The notes under the pieces are model-generated. The model searched no databases. It had not been told where the DNA came from and worked only from the letters and a program-made list of their open reading frames with translations. Positions 12,835 through 24,819 of a stretch of 64,000 bases of DNA are shown here, one piece after another; position 1 is the stretch's first letter, and each line of letters opens with the position of its first letter. The stretch lies in NCBI GenBank assembly GCA_028023455.1, contig JAQFVV010000002.1, forward strand, positions 30,380,001 to 30,444,000. Direction: 5' to 3'. A program made the position numbers and the translations under genes. This DNA comes from Epiperipatus broadwayi (taxonomy: Eukaryota > Animalia > Onychophora).

Positions 12835-15035
12835 CTAAAACAAAAGATGAAATTAACATTTCCATAAATTAGGTTAATTATTTTGGTAATTATATAGTAA
12901 GATACATTTTAAATGCATTTACCTCTTTCCCTCACATCTCAGAATATATTTAAAAAAGCACAGAAAATGTTTATAGAAATATGAAATAAATTTAAAAATA
13001 ATTAATTTTAATTTGCAAACAATCTAATCATTACATAAAATATTGAATACACAAACATATATCAGCATATACTGCCTTCTAATATGATTTTATTCTAATT
13101 ATTTTGAAATAAGATCGGGGTGGGGGTGAGACTAACAATAGATTACATGAAATATTGAATAAACACACATGGGGAGGGGGTAACCAAATACTGAACACAC
13201 ACACACACGTATACAAACATACACTACATACAACTGTTCTAATTACTTTGAAATAAAATGGGGGGGGGGTAATATATTACATGAAATATTGAATGCTCAT
13301 ACATATACAACCGTATACTGCACACAACAATGATTTTATTATAATAATTTTAAAATAAGATTAGAAAAAAATGACACACACATCAGAAAATCAAAGAATA
13401 AATCCTTGTAATGCAATGAATGAAAGTTAGATATGGTGAATGAACGATGGAAAATTACAACTGATGATGATGAGTGGTATGTTCTGCTGCCTAGCAATGC
13501 CAATCTGCATTTGGACAGAAAAACGAATATATAGCGAAAGTAAATTTGAAATAGGTCTAAAACTTTAACAAAATATAATTATAGAATAGAAAAATCATTG
13601 GTAGAATCTACTGTTTGTATAGAGGAAAAGTCATAGTGATTTCTTGAATTTAAACCCACTACATTGGTAGGTATAGATTGGTAAGCAACCATACGAATAA
13701 ATCACATAGTAAATGCAGTTGCAGAGACAAGAACATAAGGAGCTGAAATTAGAATTTTCTTTGTTTTCTTCTTTTAAAGCCACAAAGAAGAATTTAAAAA
13801 TTGCCTTTCAATTAACTACAAACTTTTGCAGAACCCTTATTCAAAATCACATATGCACACATATATATTGACAAAAAAAAAAAAAGACTACAGATAAAGA
13901 CCAACGAATAAGATGGGTAATTTGATTATTATTTTGACTATGAATGATATCTAAGGTTCCATGTTCATCTTTCAATATCAGCATAGTATTTCTTCAGAAC
14001 AAGAATAACTGATATTTCAAAATAAAGCCTAAATGTAAGCATATCTATGCAGTGTTAATAGTGCTGTTAAATTGTAAATTAAATAATAAAGAGAAAACAA
14101 AAGAAAACGAAATTATATTACAATATATTGATAGGAACCATGATGTGAAATTTCTTTCAAATTTCGTTTTGATTTTTAAATTGATCAGATTAATAGATGA
14201 CTGGAAAAAGAGAAAAGGATACAAGAATGTTGTCAAGCAGAAACCTATTTCCTTTTGACATGGCTAAGATTGGAAAAGATATTTGTAAGAGATGTCAGAG
14301 AAATGCACAAAGGATTCGTTTTTAAAAAGGTTATATAATATGTGGTAAAACCGATCCATTTATAGAAAATATAGTTTTCTCACTCTCTTTTTTGTCTTTC
14401 CATTGATTAATTGGAAATGCAACAGTCTTTTAACATTTTTAAAAGTTAATTTTAGACTTCTTTAAAATAATTAATATGGCCCTGAAGAAAATATAACTGT
14501 GATGTATGTGATGTGTATCATCAAAATAATGATTAGGATAGTTTTCAAAATTCCTTACACCTACTCAGTCTCTATATACATAGTTCTGTGTCTCTCTGTA
14601 CACATACACACAAAATATCTGATATATTTATGGTGATAATACACCCTAATTATATTTAAATCCTAAAAATCTTGAATGTAAATTCAAATTTCTTGTATTT
14701 TTTTTTTTTTTAAAACTAACTAGCAATTTGTAAAAACAATTACATAATTAAAAATCTTCTAATGCTAGCATAAAGTAAATTATAGTATTTCATAAGTGCT
14801 AATAAGATTATTAAAAAGAAATGGATTTAAAGTGAATAATTTATACATTAATGATCTCACTTCTAGATACTTAAGATTGGCTCATATAAATGCATGTGAG
14901 TTTGAAAACAAGATGGTCATTCTTATTTTCTCAGTCTTTTCTTTTATCTTGTCACTGGGGTGAGAGTAGCCCCTACAATAAATCGCCGTTTAATATTATA
15001 GCAGTTTAATATTATCGCATGACGCTAGTAAGGAG

Positions 15036-15932
15036 TGATAGAGGTCCCCAAACTTTTTTGTCCTGTGGACCTCTTTCCAAATAATTTTTTCGCCATAGAC
15101 CCCCTTTTTTTGTCCTGTGGACCCTTTTTAGTGAGAAACTGGTTTTTTTTATATAAAAACTTTGACTACCCCCCCCCTACAGGTCATGAACTTGTTTACA
15201 GTTTTAAATCTTACATTTTTACATTGCTTTATTAAATCTTAGTAAAGACAAAAGCCCCAGGTGAGTAATTGATAAATAGTTCTGATCCAGCGATTTTGTC
15301 TTTAACTTATTTTTAAATTTATTTTTAAAATTTCTACTCTTGGTTCCCAGGTGCGAGTCAGGATGATTTCCAAGAAACAAATCTTTTTTTTTTTTAAAGA
15401 GAGTTTTAAGTTTTGTTCTTTTATATGTGTAAATACAGACACTTCTGGAATTGAGATTTTATACGCGAATACAAGCAACTTTATAAACTAAATTTCTAAT
15501 AACTTAGAAATGAAATAATTTAGAAGAGTTGCAATGTTTATAAAATCTACATTACAGTTTTCTTCGCATATATATGTAGGTGCGCTTCTACACACACAAC
15601 AACGTTTACACAATTTACTTAAATTATTATTTACAGATATTATTAGCTAATGTAGGTAATATATAAATGCACGCACATACATGCTATTATACCTTATTAT
15701 CCAATAATTTATGTTTAATTTCAACTAATATACTTAAAAGTTTACAAAACGTCTGAAATAATGATTTCGGTGGGTGGCCCCCCAAATTTTTGTCGCTGAC
15801 ACGGACCCCCTGAAAGTGACAATCGACCCCTAATGATTTCGGTGGATGGATCCCATTTACATCTCATGGACCACCTGAAAGAGGTAATCGACCCTTGGAG
15901 GTCTATATTGATTACTTTGAAAAACACTTCTA
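15036..15932. mobile_element. Probable hAT-type non-autonomous element with subterminal repeats
   Basis: Left end GAGGTCCCCAAACTTTTT, right end CTTTGAAAAACACT. Repeated tttgtcctgtggacc and atgatttcggtgg/atcgaccc motifs lie near the ends. Boundaries are approximate and no TSD was confirmed. Confidence 0.45.
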
Positions 15933-16579
15933 TATAAATGAAATCATTTCTAGTAATCGACGTTTTATTTCTATTACAAAAAAGCAACCATTGTCCATCA
16001 TACGCATTCACTTCTTTGATGCACTTCTTTGATGTTCATCACAATTAATTGCAATAATAAACCTTTTTAAAAATAGAACATCAAAACAAGTATTTCTTAT
16101 CTAGTACTCATTAATATGTTGGAATCCGTTGATTGTGGCTCAAATCTGCCACTTTCGAAGATTAAACTTCTTATGAATTCTCAAGCAATGGCCCATTTGA
16201 TAATTTGCTTACAATTTTCCAGTCCACTTAAACCAGCTTAAAATTATCATTTCAAATCAAAAACATTTTGGAAGTAATCCTTTACTCCAATGTATCCTTT
16301 CTTATTTAGATAATAACAAAATGGAAGAAAGATTAACTAATATTGAACTCACTATCAAACTTAATCCACCCACAGCTCTGATATGATCCACTCTAAATAA
16401 ATACATTAATGATTATTACTAATCATTTATTAAACTAGAGATCATTCCTAGCAGATATAAACCTTAAATATCAATTAAAGATTAATATCTGTTTTTAATT
16501 AAACACACACATATGGATTAATTCAACTTCATTCCTCTTTTTCCATGTGTAACATCTTTTATAAATGTACTTAATAAAC

Positions 16580-16710
16580 TCTCCACTCTGCCACACCTTC
16601 TTAAAACACATGAATAAAGATATCTTAAAAGACAAATGATTCCCAAGTTGCATTTCATACTGAACCAACACTCATTAGTTGGTTCAGGTCACAATCTCTC
16701 ACATATGTCT
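16580..16710 (-). mobile_element. Family B HHR repeat, decayed copy
   Basis: The minus strand reads CCAA-CUAAUGA-GUGU-UGGUUCA-GUAU-GAAA-UGCAAC-UUGG, i.e. a G5A change and a stem III deletion. The flank matches 24240-24450. Confidence 0.7.
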
Positions 16711-16765
16711 TTATCATATGTTCAATATTTATTAATAGTAAATTGTGTTTTGATTTAAAACCCTT

Positions 16766-17047
16766 GGCAGGATGGCTCAGTTGGCTAGAGCCTTACCTTA
16801 AAATTCAATACTCAAGAATCTAAGGGTCCACGTCCAAACCCCATGCTAGTACTGTCACTGATCAGGCCAGCAACACCTGAAGAAGAAGGGAGAATAATAC
16901 CTCTCGAAACATTGGACATATACTAACCTGTTTGATGTGCTATTATTAACAGCTTATGGTATTTGGAATATTTAAATAAAGTTAAATTTCTCTAAAGACA
17001 TTCAATACTTATATTAGATGATGGAAATAGTCCAATATAAAAACACA
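16766..17047 (+). mobile_element. tRNA-derived SINE with HHR/Penelope-like tail, copy 1
   Basis: Colinear with 52607-52890. A box TGGCTCAGTTGG, decayed B box, and CACCTGAAGA...CGAAAC. Confidence 0.8.
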
Positions 17048-17049
17048 AC

Positions 17050-17322
17050 TACATGATTACCATTTCCTATGCTTACACAAGCTGTTACAACAGAGAAACA
17101 AACTCCCCATACAGTAGTACTACCCAGTGCAAGCCTTAATAATCAATGCATCCAGCATCTCCAGATTAGTGCTCTCAGATCCAAGGCTCCTCACTGATGA
17201 AAGCCACAAGCTAGAGTCAGGATATTGGACGAATAGGCACTTGATAGATTTTAAATATAACCTCCTTGCACCCATTAATTACTAAGGCTTGCACTAGGTG
17301 GCACTATTATGGAGATTTTGCT
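17050..17322. mobile_element. Family A inverted doublet (partial minus arm 17050-17157, plus arm 17160-17322)
   Basis: ctccccatacagtagtactacccagtgcaagccttaataatcaatg is inverted relative to cattaattactaaggcttgcactaggtggcactattatggag. The plus-arm HHR has CTGATGA at 17194 but a 5-nt deletion in GAAAC/stem III. Confidence 0.8.
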
Positions 17323-18214
17323 ATTATTATTATTTGGATTTCCAAGTGTATACTGATAATCTCTAACTAATCAATTACTAAACCAGATTATCCCTAACCA
17401 GATATACATTTTAAATCTTAGTTAAAGATTAATGTATCTGTTTTTAATTAAATATGAACAATTTGTTAAAATTTATTACTATACAGTTTTCTGTAGAATT
17501 TTCCCACTCATCTCTTTTTAATTTATTAATAATTAATTATACAAACTTTTCTTGATATTATCGAAATAACTTCAATACCAAGATGTTGTTTTATATCTTT
17601 ATGACTTTTATTTTCTTTTATAGCATTTCTTACTATTATTGCAATCACATTTTCTTATCATTAATTCTTCCACATCAGAGAAGAGAATTTCAGATCTTCC
17701 ATTCTTCTGAGTTTACACCTCCGACAATAACAAAATGTAAATTTTAATTTTCTTTTTAACACTTGATTTAACAAATGGCTTTATTCAGTTAAAATTTCCA
17801 AGTATTACTTCAAGTACTTTAATTATAAATTCCTTCATTTTAACATGGATAGTCTCTCACCCAACTTACTTAAATTCACCTTCTCATTCATAAATATCAT
17901 ATATATGGATCATTTTTCAAACTTCACAATACTTTCCCCATAAGCAATTATAATGTCTTTTTTTTTTAAAAAAAAAAAGAAGACAAAAATAATGATGAAT
18001 ATATAAATATCACTATATAGATGGATTTAATTTTTTATTTCCTACAAACTAATCAATTATGGAGTAAAAAAATCTCCAACATTCGCAACAAATTAAATAC
18101 ACATATTATATAATTCAACATGTAACAAAATATTAAAAATAAACACATTTTCCTTTTTCTTTTTTGATTTAACTATACGACTAAACTAAATATGGAAAAA
18201 TCAACTTAATTGAA

Positions 18215-18500
18215 ATATCATCATCAATAGTGTTCTGTCCAATGGACTGGTCCAGTGAGTAGTCGCATCATCAATTCACCCATTTTCCCACTCCATTCTC
18301 TCTTCTTTGCCCAACTCTTCAATTCAATGTAACTCTTTCCATCTCTTATATCATCCAATAATGTCAATTTTTTCCAACCTTTCTTCTTGTTTCCTCTCAC
18401 CATTTCCTCCAAACCATTTTTCATCAAACTATTCTTTCTTTTTAATATACTCCATTGAAAGTAAGCCTCTTTCATAAGCTTTTCAATGCATTCCTATAAT
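18215..18500 (-). mobile_element. RTE-like LINE 3' end of a second family
   Basis: ORF 18224-18475 ends ...LLDDIRDGKSYIELKSWAKKREW...GPVHWTEHY*, followed by a (tga)n tail. Confidence 0.6.
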
Positions 18501-19449
18501 TTGGAAACTTCTACTATTTACACAAAATTATGAAAATGAATATGAATTTTTCATACATTTATTATCTTAACACAAGTTATACTTTAATTTTATTAAATAT
18601 TTTAAAATTTAATCTTTAATATACTCACATAAAAGCAAACGTAATAAAATAAATAAATCAATATAATATACATATTTAAAAAATAAAAACAGTTCGATAA
18701 ATAATGAGTTTTATTTTTCTTAGTCCAACAATTCTACTTTTATTCACGATTTTGAAAATAACAACTGAATAACTAAGATTTCTGTAGTTGATCTTTATAA
18801 AAAAAAGACTAAATCTAATTGACCTTAAAAATAAAAATGGATTTAGGAAGGGGAGGGGGATCAATAAACATTTGATTTGATTATTATTGTTTTCGGGGAT
18901 ATTTAATAAAATTTAAAAATCAATAAATATAATACAGTAAAATTCAAGCAATATGTCAAAATTTAAAAAATGAAATGATAACATAATGTTTGTTTATTTG
19001 AGAAAGATTATTTATAATTACAATATATATATAACTGCAATAAGTTTTACAAAAACTAGTAATCCAAAAATGCATAAAGCTAAACTGGTCATAACAGAAA
19101 TTATTTCTACCAAAACAAAGTTTAAACAATCCAGCCAATCAAATTGCCATTACTATATAAACCAACTTATATCAAAATTGAAAACCTTAATAACAGTGAT
19201 TTGTTTGGCTGTATTGCTTGAACATTGTTTGGGAGTAATTAATTTACTGTGTATATATATAAATAAGTATATATGACGTAAATTTTCAGTGAATAATTAA
19301 TTAATACATGAATGATAATAATTTACAATAATTCAATTATAAATCATGAGTTATACAGTAAGAGATAGAAAAAACATTTAATTATCTGTCTAAATGGCAA
19401 AACAGGTTGAAGATTTTATGTGTGTGATGATATTTGTTTAAATAAAAGG

Positions 19450-19773
19450 AAATAGAGGGGTTTGAGCCTTGGATTTTCAGTCTACATTCATGTGAAAAAA
19501 GATAAATGATCCCCAATATACATATTACATGCAGAACTCGCACTCATCAGTTGGGCCAGGTCATAATCCCCCACACATATATACAATCAGTGCTCGTCTT
19601 ATATGTGTGGGAGATTATGATCTGGTCCAACTGATGAGTGCTAGTTCTGCATGAAATATGTATATTGGGGATCATTTATATTTTTCACATGTGTGTGGGC
19701 ATGTGTATCAGTTATTTGTGATGGAGTGGAGGATGAATATGGACTAAAAATCTTAGTTCAAATCCCTCTATTT
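19450..19773. mobile_element. Family B palindromic doublet (arms 19450-19581 and 19600-19773)
   Basis: The arms are near-perfect reverse complements around an 18-bp spacer, with a ~40-bp extra segment in the right arm. Each arm carries an HHR motif reading outward. Confidence 0.9.
19617..19675 (+). ncRNA. Type I hammerhead ribozyme motif (family B), predicted cleavage after A19664
   Basis: AUGAUCU-GGU-CCAA-CUGAUGA-GUGC(UAGUUCU)GCAU-GAAA-U(AUGU)A-U-A^UUGG-GGAUCAU. All core nucleotides and three stems are present. Confidence 0.85.
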
Positions 19774-20176
19774 ATTTACAATAAACATTCAGTATACTGA
19801 ATGCATAGGTTAATTAAATAAAAGTAACATTTCTAAACATTCACAAATGTATTATATAAAAAGAAGGCTTTTGAAAGTTAAGAAATAACGCCATTTTAAT
19901 AAAATACATCCTTAATGAAATGTAATCAAATTGCTTAATGTTTAAGTTTTTCTTTAATTAGAGTAAAATAAAACAATAATTAATGATTAAAAAATTAGGC
20001 AAAAGTTATTAGAAATAATGGTATTGATACTATAAACACACATAGCCTGCTTTTACTGAATTTTTGCACACCATGTAAACACTATTAGATAAAAATCTCT
20101 ATAAAAAAACACAAATATACGAGGTGTGACAATTTAACTTCCGGAATGGCTGTGTGGTGTCACCCATGACCTAAAT

Positions 20177-22800
20177 CAGTGGTCTTCAACTTTTTCACAC
20201 CTGCGGACTAGCAAAAATAAGGATAAGATTTCGCGGACCGGCAGAAGTCTACAGATAAATTTTCTTAAAGATTTAAACTGCTTAGCCTTAGATGAGCATA
20301 ATTGTTATAACTGGCCAAAACAACACCCTAATTATTGTGCATTGTAATGGTGTTGCTTACCTTCACATGCTGAACACTCTTTCTGGAATTGCACAGTCAT
20401 ATTACTACAGAAAACAGTACGTTCTCATTAATGTGCCCCTGCATTGCATATTATTTCATTGTTAAAACATGCAAGAATAAAATGTTATTCACCTGAATGT
20501 TGGGAAATATCACAGCTAGTGTAATTACATGACAATGATTAAGATAAATGTAATACTTATATTTAATGTTAAATATACAAGATGAAGTTATAATCTATAA
20601 TATTAATAAGCCAATAAGCTAATACACATGCACTTTGCAGATGTCACTATATAAATGAATACTCCCACTTTTTCAAACACAAGGTAAAGTCTTTAAGAAA
20701 ATATAGAATGAATCACCTATATTTTCGACCCAACCGTATATGTATGGGCAAATCTGAAGTGTTTGAAATGAAGAGCGTGAAGTTATTAATTGATCACTTT
20801 AAATTACTTTTTTACTACGTAAATGAATGACGCCTATGAAATTTCTAGAATTTACGATACGTCATTCTTATAATTAAACATATGTAAACAAGACATTTAA
20901 ACACTTCAGATTTGCCCAGACATATACGGTTGGGTCGAAAATATAGGTGATTCATTCTATATTTTCTTAAAGACGTTATCTTGTGTTTGGAAAACTGGAG
21001 TATTCATTTATATAGTGACATCTGCAAAGCGCATGTGTATTAGCTTATTGGCTTATTAATATTATAGATTATAAAAAAAAACATTGCGCTATATAAAAAA
21101 ATTAATGTCTTGCTTACATATGTTTAATTATAAGAATGACGTATCGTAAATTCTAGAAATTTCATTGGCGTCATTAATTTACGTAGTAAAAAAGTAATTT
21201 AAAGTGATCAATTAATAACTTCATGCTCTTCATTTCAAACACTTCAGATTTGCCCATACATATACGGTTGGGTCGAAAATATAGGTGATTCATTCTATAT
21301 TTTCTTAAAGACTTTATCTTATGTTTGAAAAAGTGGCAGTATTCATTTATATAGTGACATCTGCAAAGTGCATGTGTATTAGCTTATTGGCTTATTAATA
21401 TTATAGATTATAAAAAAAAAACATCGCACTATATAAAAAAATAAATGTCTTGTTTACATATGTTTAATTATAAGAATGACGTATCGTAAATTCTAGAAAT
21501 TTCATTGGCGTCATTCATTTACGTAGTAAAAAGATAATTTAAAGTGATCAATTAATAACTTCACGCTCTTCTTTTCAAACACTTCAGATTTGCCCATACA
21601 TATATGGTTGGGTCGAAAATATAGGTGATCCATTCCCATATTTTCTTAAAGACTTTATCCTGTGTTTGAAAAAGTGGGAGTATTCATTTATATAGTGATA
21701 TCTGCAAAGCACATGTGTATTAGCTTACTGGCTTATTAATATTATAGATTATAAAAAAAAAAAACATTGCGCTATATAAAAAAATAAATGTCTTGTTTAA
21801 GATGAAGTTATATATATATGGAGTTTGTATAATATAAAACTATTTTTTTAATTTTGAATTTTTTTAGAAAAATAATAAAAAAATTTATTCTACCCCCCCC
21901 CCCCATAAACACCTGTGATAACTAGAAAAACAAAATTTATGTATAATTGATTAGATTTTATTTTCGTTCTGTTTCTTTTTTTTTAATTGGGTAAAAATGA
22001 GATTAAAATAACAACAGATTGCATTAGTTGTTTACTCTTGAAGTCACCTGGGGACCCCCTGTAAAGCCACTGGAAACTGAGCTGAAAAGTTGTTTTGGTA
22101 AAGTGTTACATAACTTCATTTGACAAAATTTCGGAACATACCACACACAAAGGCCCTGGTGATGAACAACTATGAAACCAAGTTTTAAATACTCCTTACG
22201 TGTAATTTCTAATAAAATGAGCTTTTTTGTTTTTGTTTTTTCCTGCAACATCCTGAAGTATCAACATATCAGCATCATTTTTTACTGGAATATTATCCTT
22301 GTCTCTTCTTAAGAAGGCCAAAAAAAGTTTTGCTGTTTGACTTTTTTTGTTTCCATTTTGTGAAGTTTACAATTTCAAAAAGAAATGTCACACCCAAAAT
22401 AAAAAGATGATACAAATGCAATAAAACATTTTGCTATATGTGACCAATAAATGAGTTGACGCAATACAGAAATTCCTATTAGGTATAGAAATTGACGTGT
22501 AAGGAGTGGTCCATTGATCATGAGATTGACACTTTGTCTTTTAAAGATTGCATTTTCAGATAAATTCCTTCAATTATTATTTAGTAATTATAGTATTATC
22601 TAATAATTTAAATAAAATTTTGATTTATAATTATTTTTATTTAAGCAGTTGCGATGAAAAAATAAATAAAAATTGTTTATATTAATTAAGAGTTTAAAAT
22701 CTTATTATTTTGTTATTACAAACTTTCCTGCCAGTCTAGCGCAAACCAGCAGAAAATTTCTGCGGACTGGCACCCGTCGGCAGACCAAGGAAGACCAATG
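20177..22800 (-). mobile_element. Internally deleted hAT (Charlie-like) element
   Basis: TIRs CAGTGGTCTTC/GAAGACCAATG with a perfect 8-bp TSD ACCTAAAT (20169-20176, 22801-22808). A minus-strand remnant EYLKLGF...CVVCSEILSNEVM lies near 22110-22200. Confidence 0.85.
20593..21798. repeat. ~338-bp unit array: one inverted unit plus ~2.7 direct units
   Basis: Direct units start at 20899, 21237 and 21577 (periods 338 and 340). 20593-20898 is a reverse-complemented, permuted unit. The array is flanked by the direct repeat AAGATGAAGTTATA (20579-20592, 21799-21812). Confidence 0.9.
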
Positions 22801-23339
22801 ACCTAAATGTATCAAAATCACATGAATATTGGACATTTGTGTTTGAACATGTTTAAGCTAACAAGTGTGTAAGTTTTAAACTGATAAAGCTAGTGGTTAA
22901 TTAGCTCCTTGAGAAGATAATAAATATCTGTGCGTATGCTTTAGTGTAAAAATGGATGATCGAAAATCATAGTACACTCATTGTGAAACTTTGTGACCAA
23001 AAAAAAATTGCCCAACTAGACTATCCTGCCTATTCACCTGACTTAGCTCAATGTAATTTTTGTTTATGTCCAAAATTAAAAACTGTGCTGAAAGGATAAA
23101 TATTTTCTACTATAATTGATATCCAAAAGAATGTGAGACAGCTGCTCAACAGTTATTCCTGAAAATGAGTTCAGGGTGTGCTTTCAGAAATGGAAACGCC
23201 ATTTTAATCAAAATATAAATGCACATGGGACTATTTTGAAGGTGACAGTAGCCACTACACTTTCACATGCAAATTTTATGAAGGTGCATTCTGGTAATTA
23301 AATGGTCAAACATTGTACACTTAAAATAATAACATTTAA

Positions 23340-23655
23340 TTATCATCATCAATTTCAACCATTATCAATCCATTGTGAGATGGTCTCTCTCTGATCTCTA
23401 GTCTCTCTTATCATCCCAGTATACTTCCTTATTTCTCCATCCATCTCACATGTGGTCTTTTTCTAGGTCTTTTATTACAATCTCTTGGAATCTCATTTAA
23501 GATTTCAACTGTCCATCTCTTATCATCTCTTCTAACCATATATCCAACCCAACTCCACTTCAGTATCTTAATTCTTCCAATGATGTCAGTAACACTTGTT
23601 TGTTCTCTCACCCATGTATTTCGTTTTTGATCTCTTCTTGTTATTTCTGAAATCA
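23340..23655 (-). mobile_element. RTE LINE 3' fragment
   Basis: ORF 23429-23656 WVREQTSVTDII...WSWVGYMVRR...RPHVRWM; same family as 9262-9940. Confidence 0.85.
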
Positions 23656-24239
23656 TTGAGTGGTCTGAGAGTACTGAATATAAAAGAAATTTATATTATG
23701 TGATCATTTACAATTGCAGATTGTTGGACAGATCATCCATTAGTACACGTTCCAAAGTGAAAATAATATTTGCATTAAAAAAATGTCTTATTTCATCATT
23801 TACATAATAAAAATTGATGTTCATTTTTTAGGAGTATCTATTATTTGTGCAAAATTTCAGTAATAAAATACTAAAATTGATAATTTGGAACTTCAGGACT
23901 GTCATGTTAATGAAACTGAACTTCTTTTAAGGGATGTGCTATGGATACACATAAATCTACTTTTGGCTTTGCTAAAAAAGCGAACATCATAACTATTTTT
24001 CTATCATATTTCTTAGTGATTTTCATAAAAAAAAGAAAAGTGACTTTGTGCAGGGCAGAATAATAAATTGAATGTGAAGTATCTTAATAAATAAAAATTT
24101 AAAAATAAAGTTCAATGACTAACAGAATGTTTGCTATTTGGTCTCTGTTGGTGTTTTTTTTCTTTTTCTTAATACAATAATTGAAACACACACGCTTATT
24201 ATATACCTGTGTCTATATATGTAATATATAGGGTATATG

Positions 24240-24450
24240 AGCACAGACTTTCACACGACCCACCACTCTCCACACTACCTCATAACACAGATACACAGAC
24301 TTTCACACGACCCACCACTCTCCACACTATCTCATAACACTGATACACTTGAACATATATATGTTGAAAAGATAAATAATCACCAATATACGTATTTCAT
24401 GCTAAACCAGCAATCATCAGTTGGTTCAGATTACCATCTCTAAGCATATA
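24240..24450 (-). mobile_element. Family B HHR repeat with internal 52-bp tandem duplication
   Basis: Homologous to the right arm of 19450-19773. cacagactttcacacgacc... is repeated at 24242 and 24294. Confidence 0.8.
24376..24434 (-). ncRNA. Type I hammerhead ribozyme motif (family B), predicted cleavage between 24387 and 24386
   Basis: The minus strand reads GUAAUC-UGAA-CCAA-CUGAUGA-UUGC(UGGUUUA)GCAU-GAAA-U(ACGU)A-U-A^UUGG-U-GAUUAU. The core is intact; the first stem II pair is U.U. Confidence 0.78.
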
Positions 24451-24819
24451 TGCTATAAGTGCTCAAATATATATTAAGATAGCCAATCCTCATACTTTAA
24501 TGGACAGGCTTCAATCTACTCCACACTCCAACTTTTCAACCGTCCATCCAATTGAAAATCTGAAGATGGAATGCTCAAAGGCCACCCTGAGGCCGAGATT
24601 CTTGTCATACCCATGGATAATACATACATGCCTAAAAACAGTATCACAATCCTAATAAATCCAATAATGACACTTTTATATGATGACAGTGATATTTCAA
24701 CCAGATGGAAAAAGAATTTTGATCGTCTTTTTGGGAAAAATGGATGTTTTTTTTTAGGAATACATAGACTCAAGGTAAGAATGTTCTATTGTTCTAATTT
24801 TTAAAATTAAAGACAATAA

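Larger units (their letters stand above)
20120..23315 (+). mobile_element. Internally deleted mariner element, split by a hAT insertion
   Basis: TA|CGAGGTGTGACAATTTAACTTCCGGAAT ... ATTCTGGTAATTAAATGGTCAAACATTG|TA. The transposase C-terminal remnant DYPAYSPDLAQCNF (YSPDL at 23031-23045) is present. Confidence 0.85.

Noticed and set aside
13418-13472. Plus-strand exon-like stretch (MVNERWKITTDDDEW|gtatgt)
   Set aside because: It has no polypyrimidine tract, no companion exons and no recognisable protein.
13960-14005. Minus-strand CUGAAGA...GAAA candidate
   Set aside because: The cleavage triplet would be AUG (H cannot be G), and I see no family support.
20593-21798. Repeat array as CRISPR or as an HHR retrozyme multimer
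   Set aside because: The units are long and near-identical with no unique spacers, the context is eukaryotic, and there is no CUGANGA/GAAA core on either strand.
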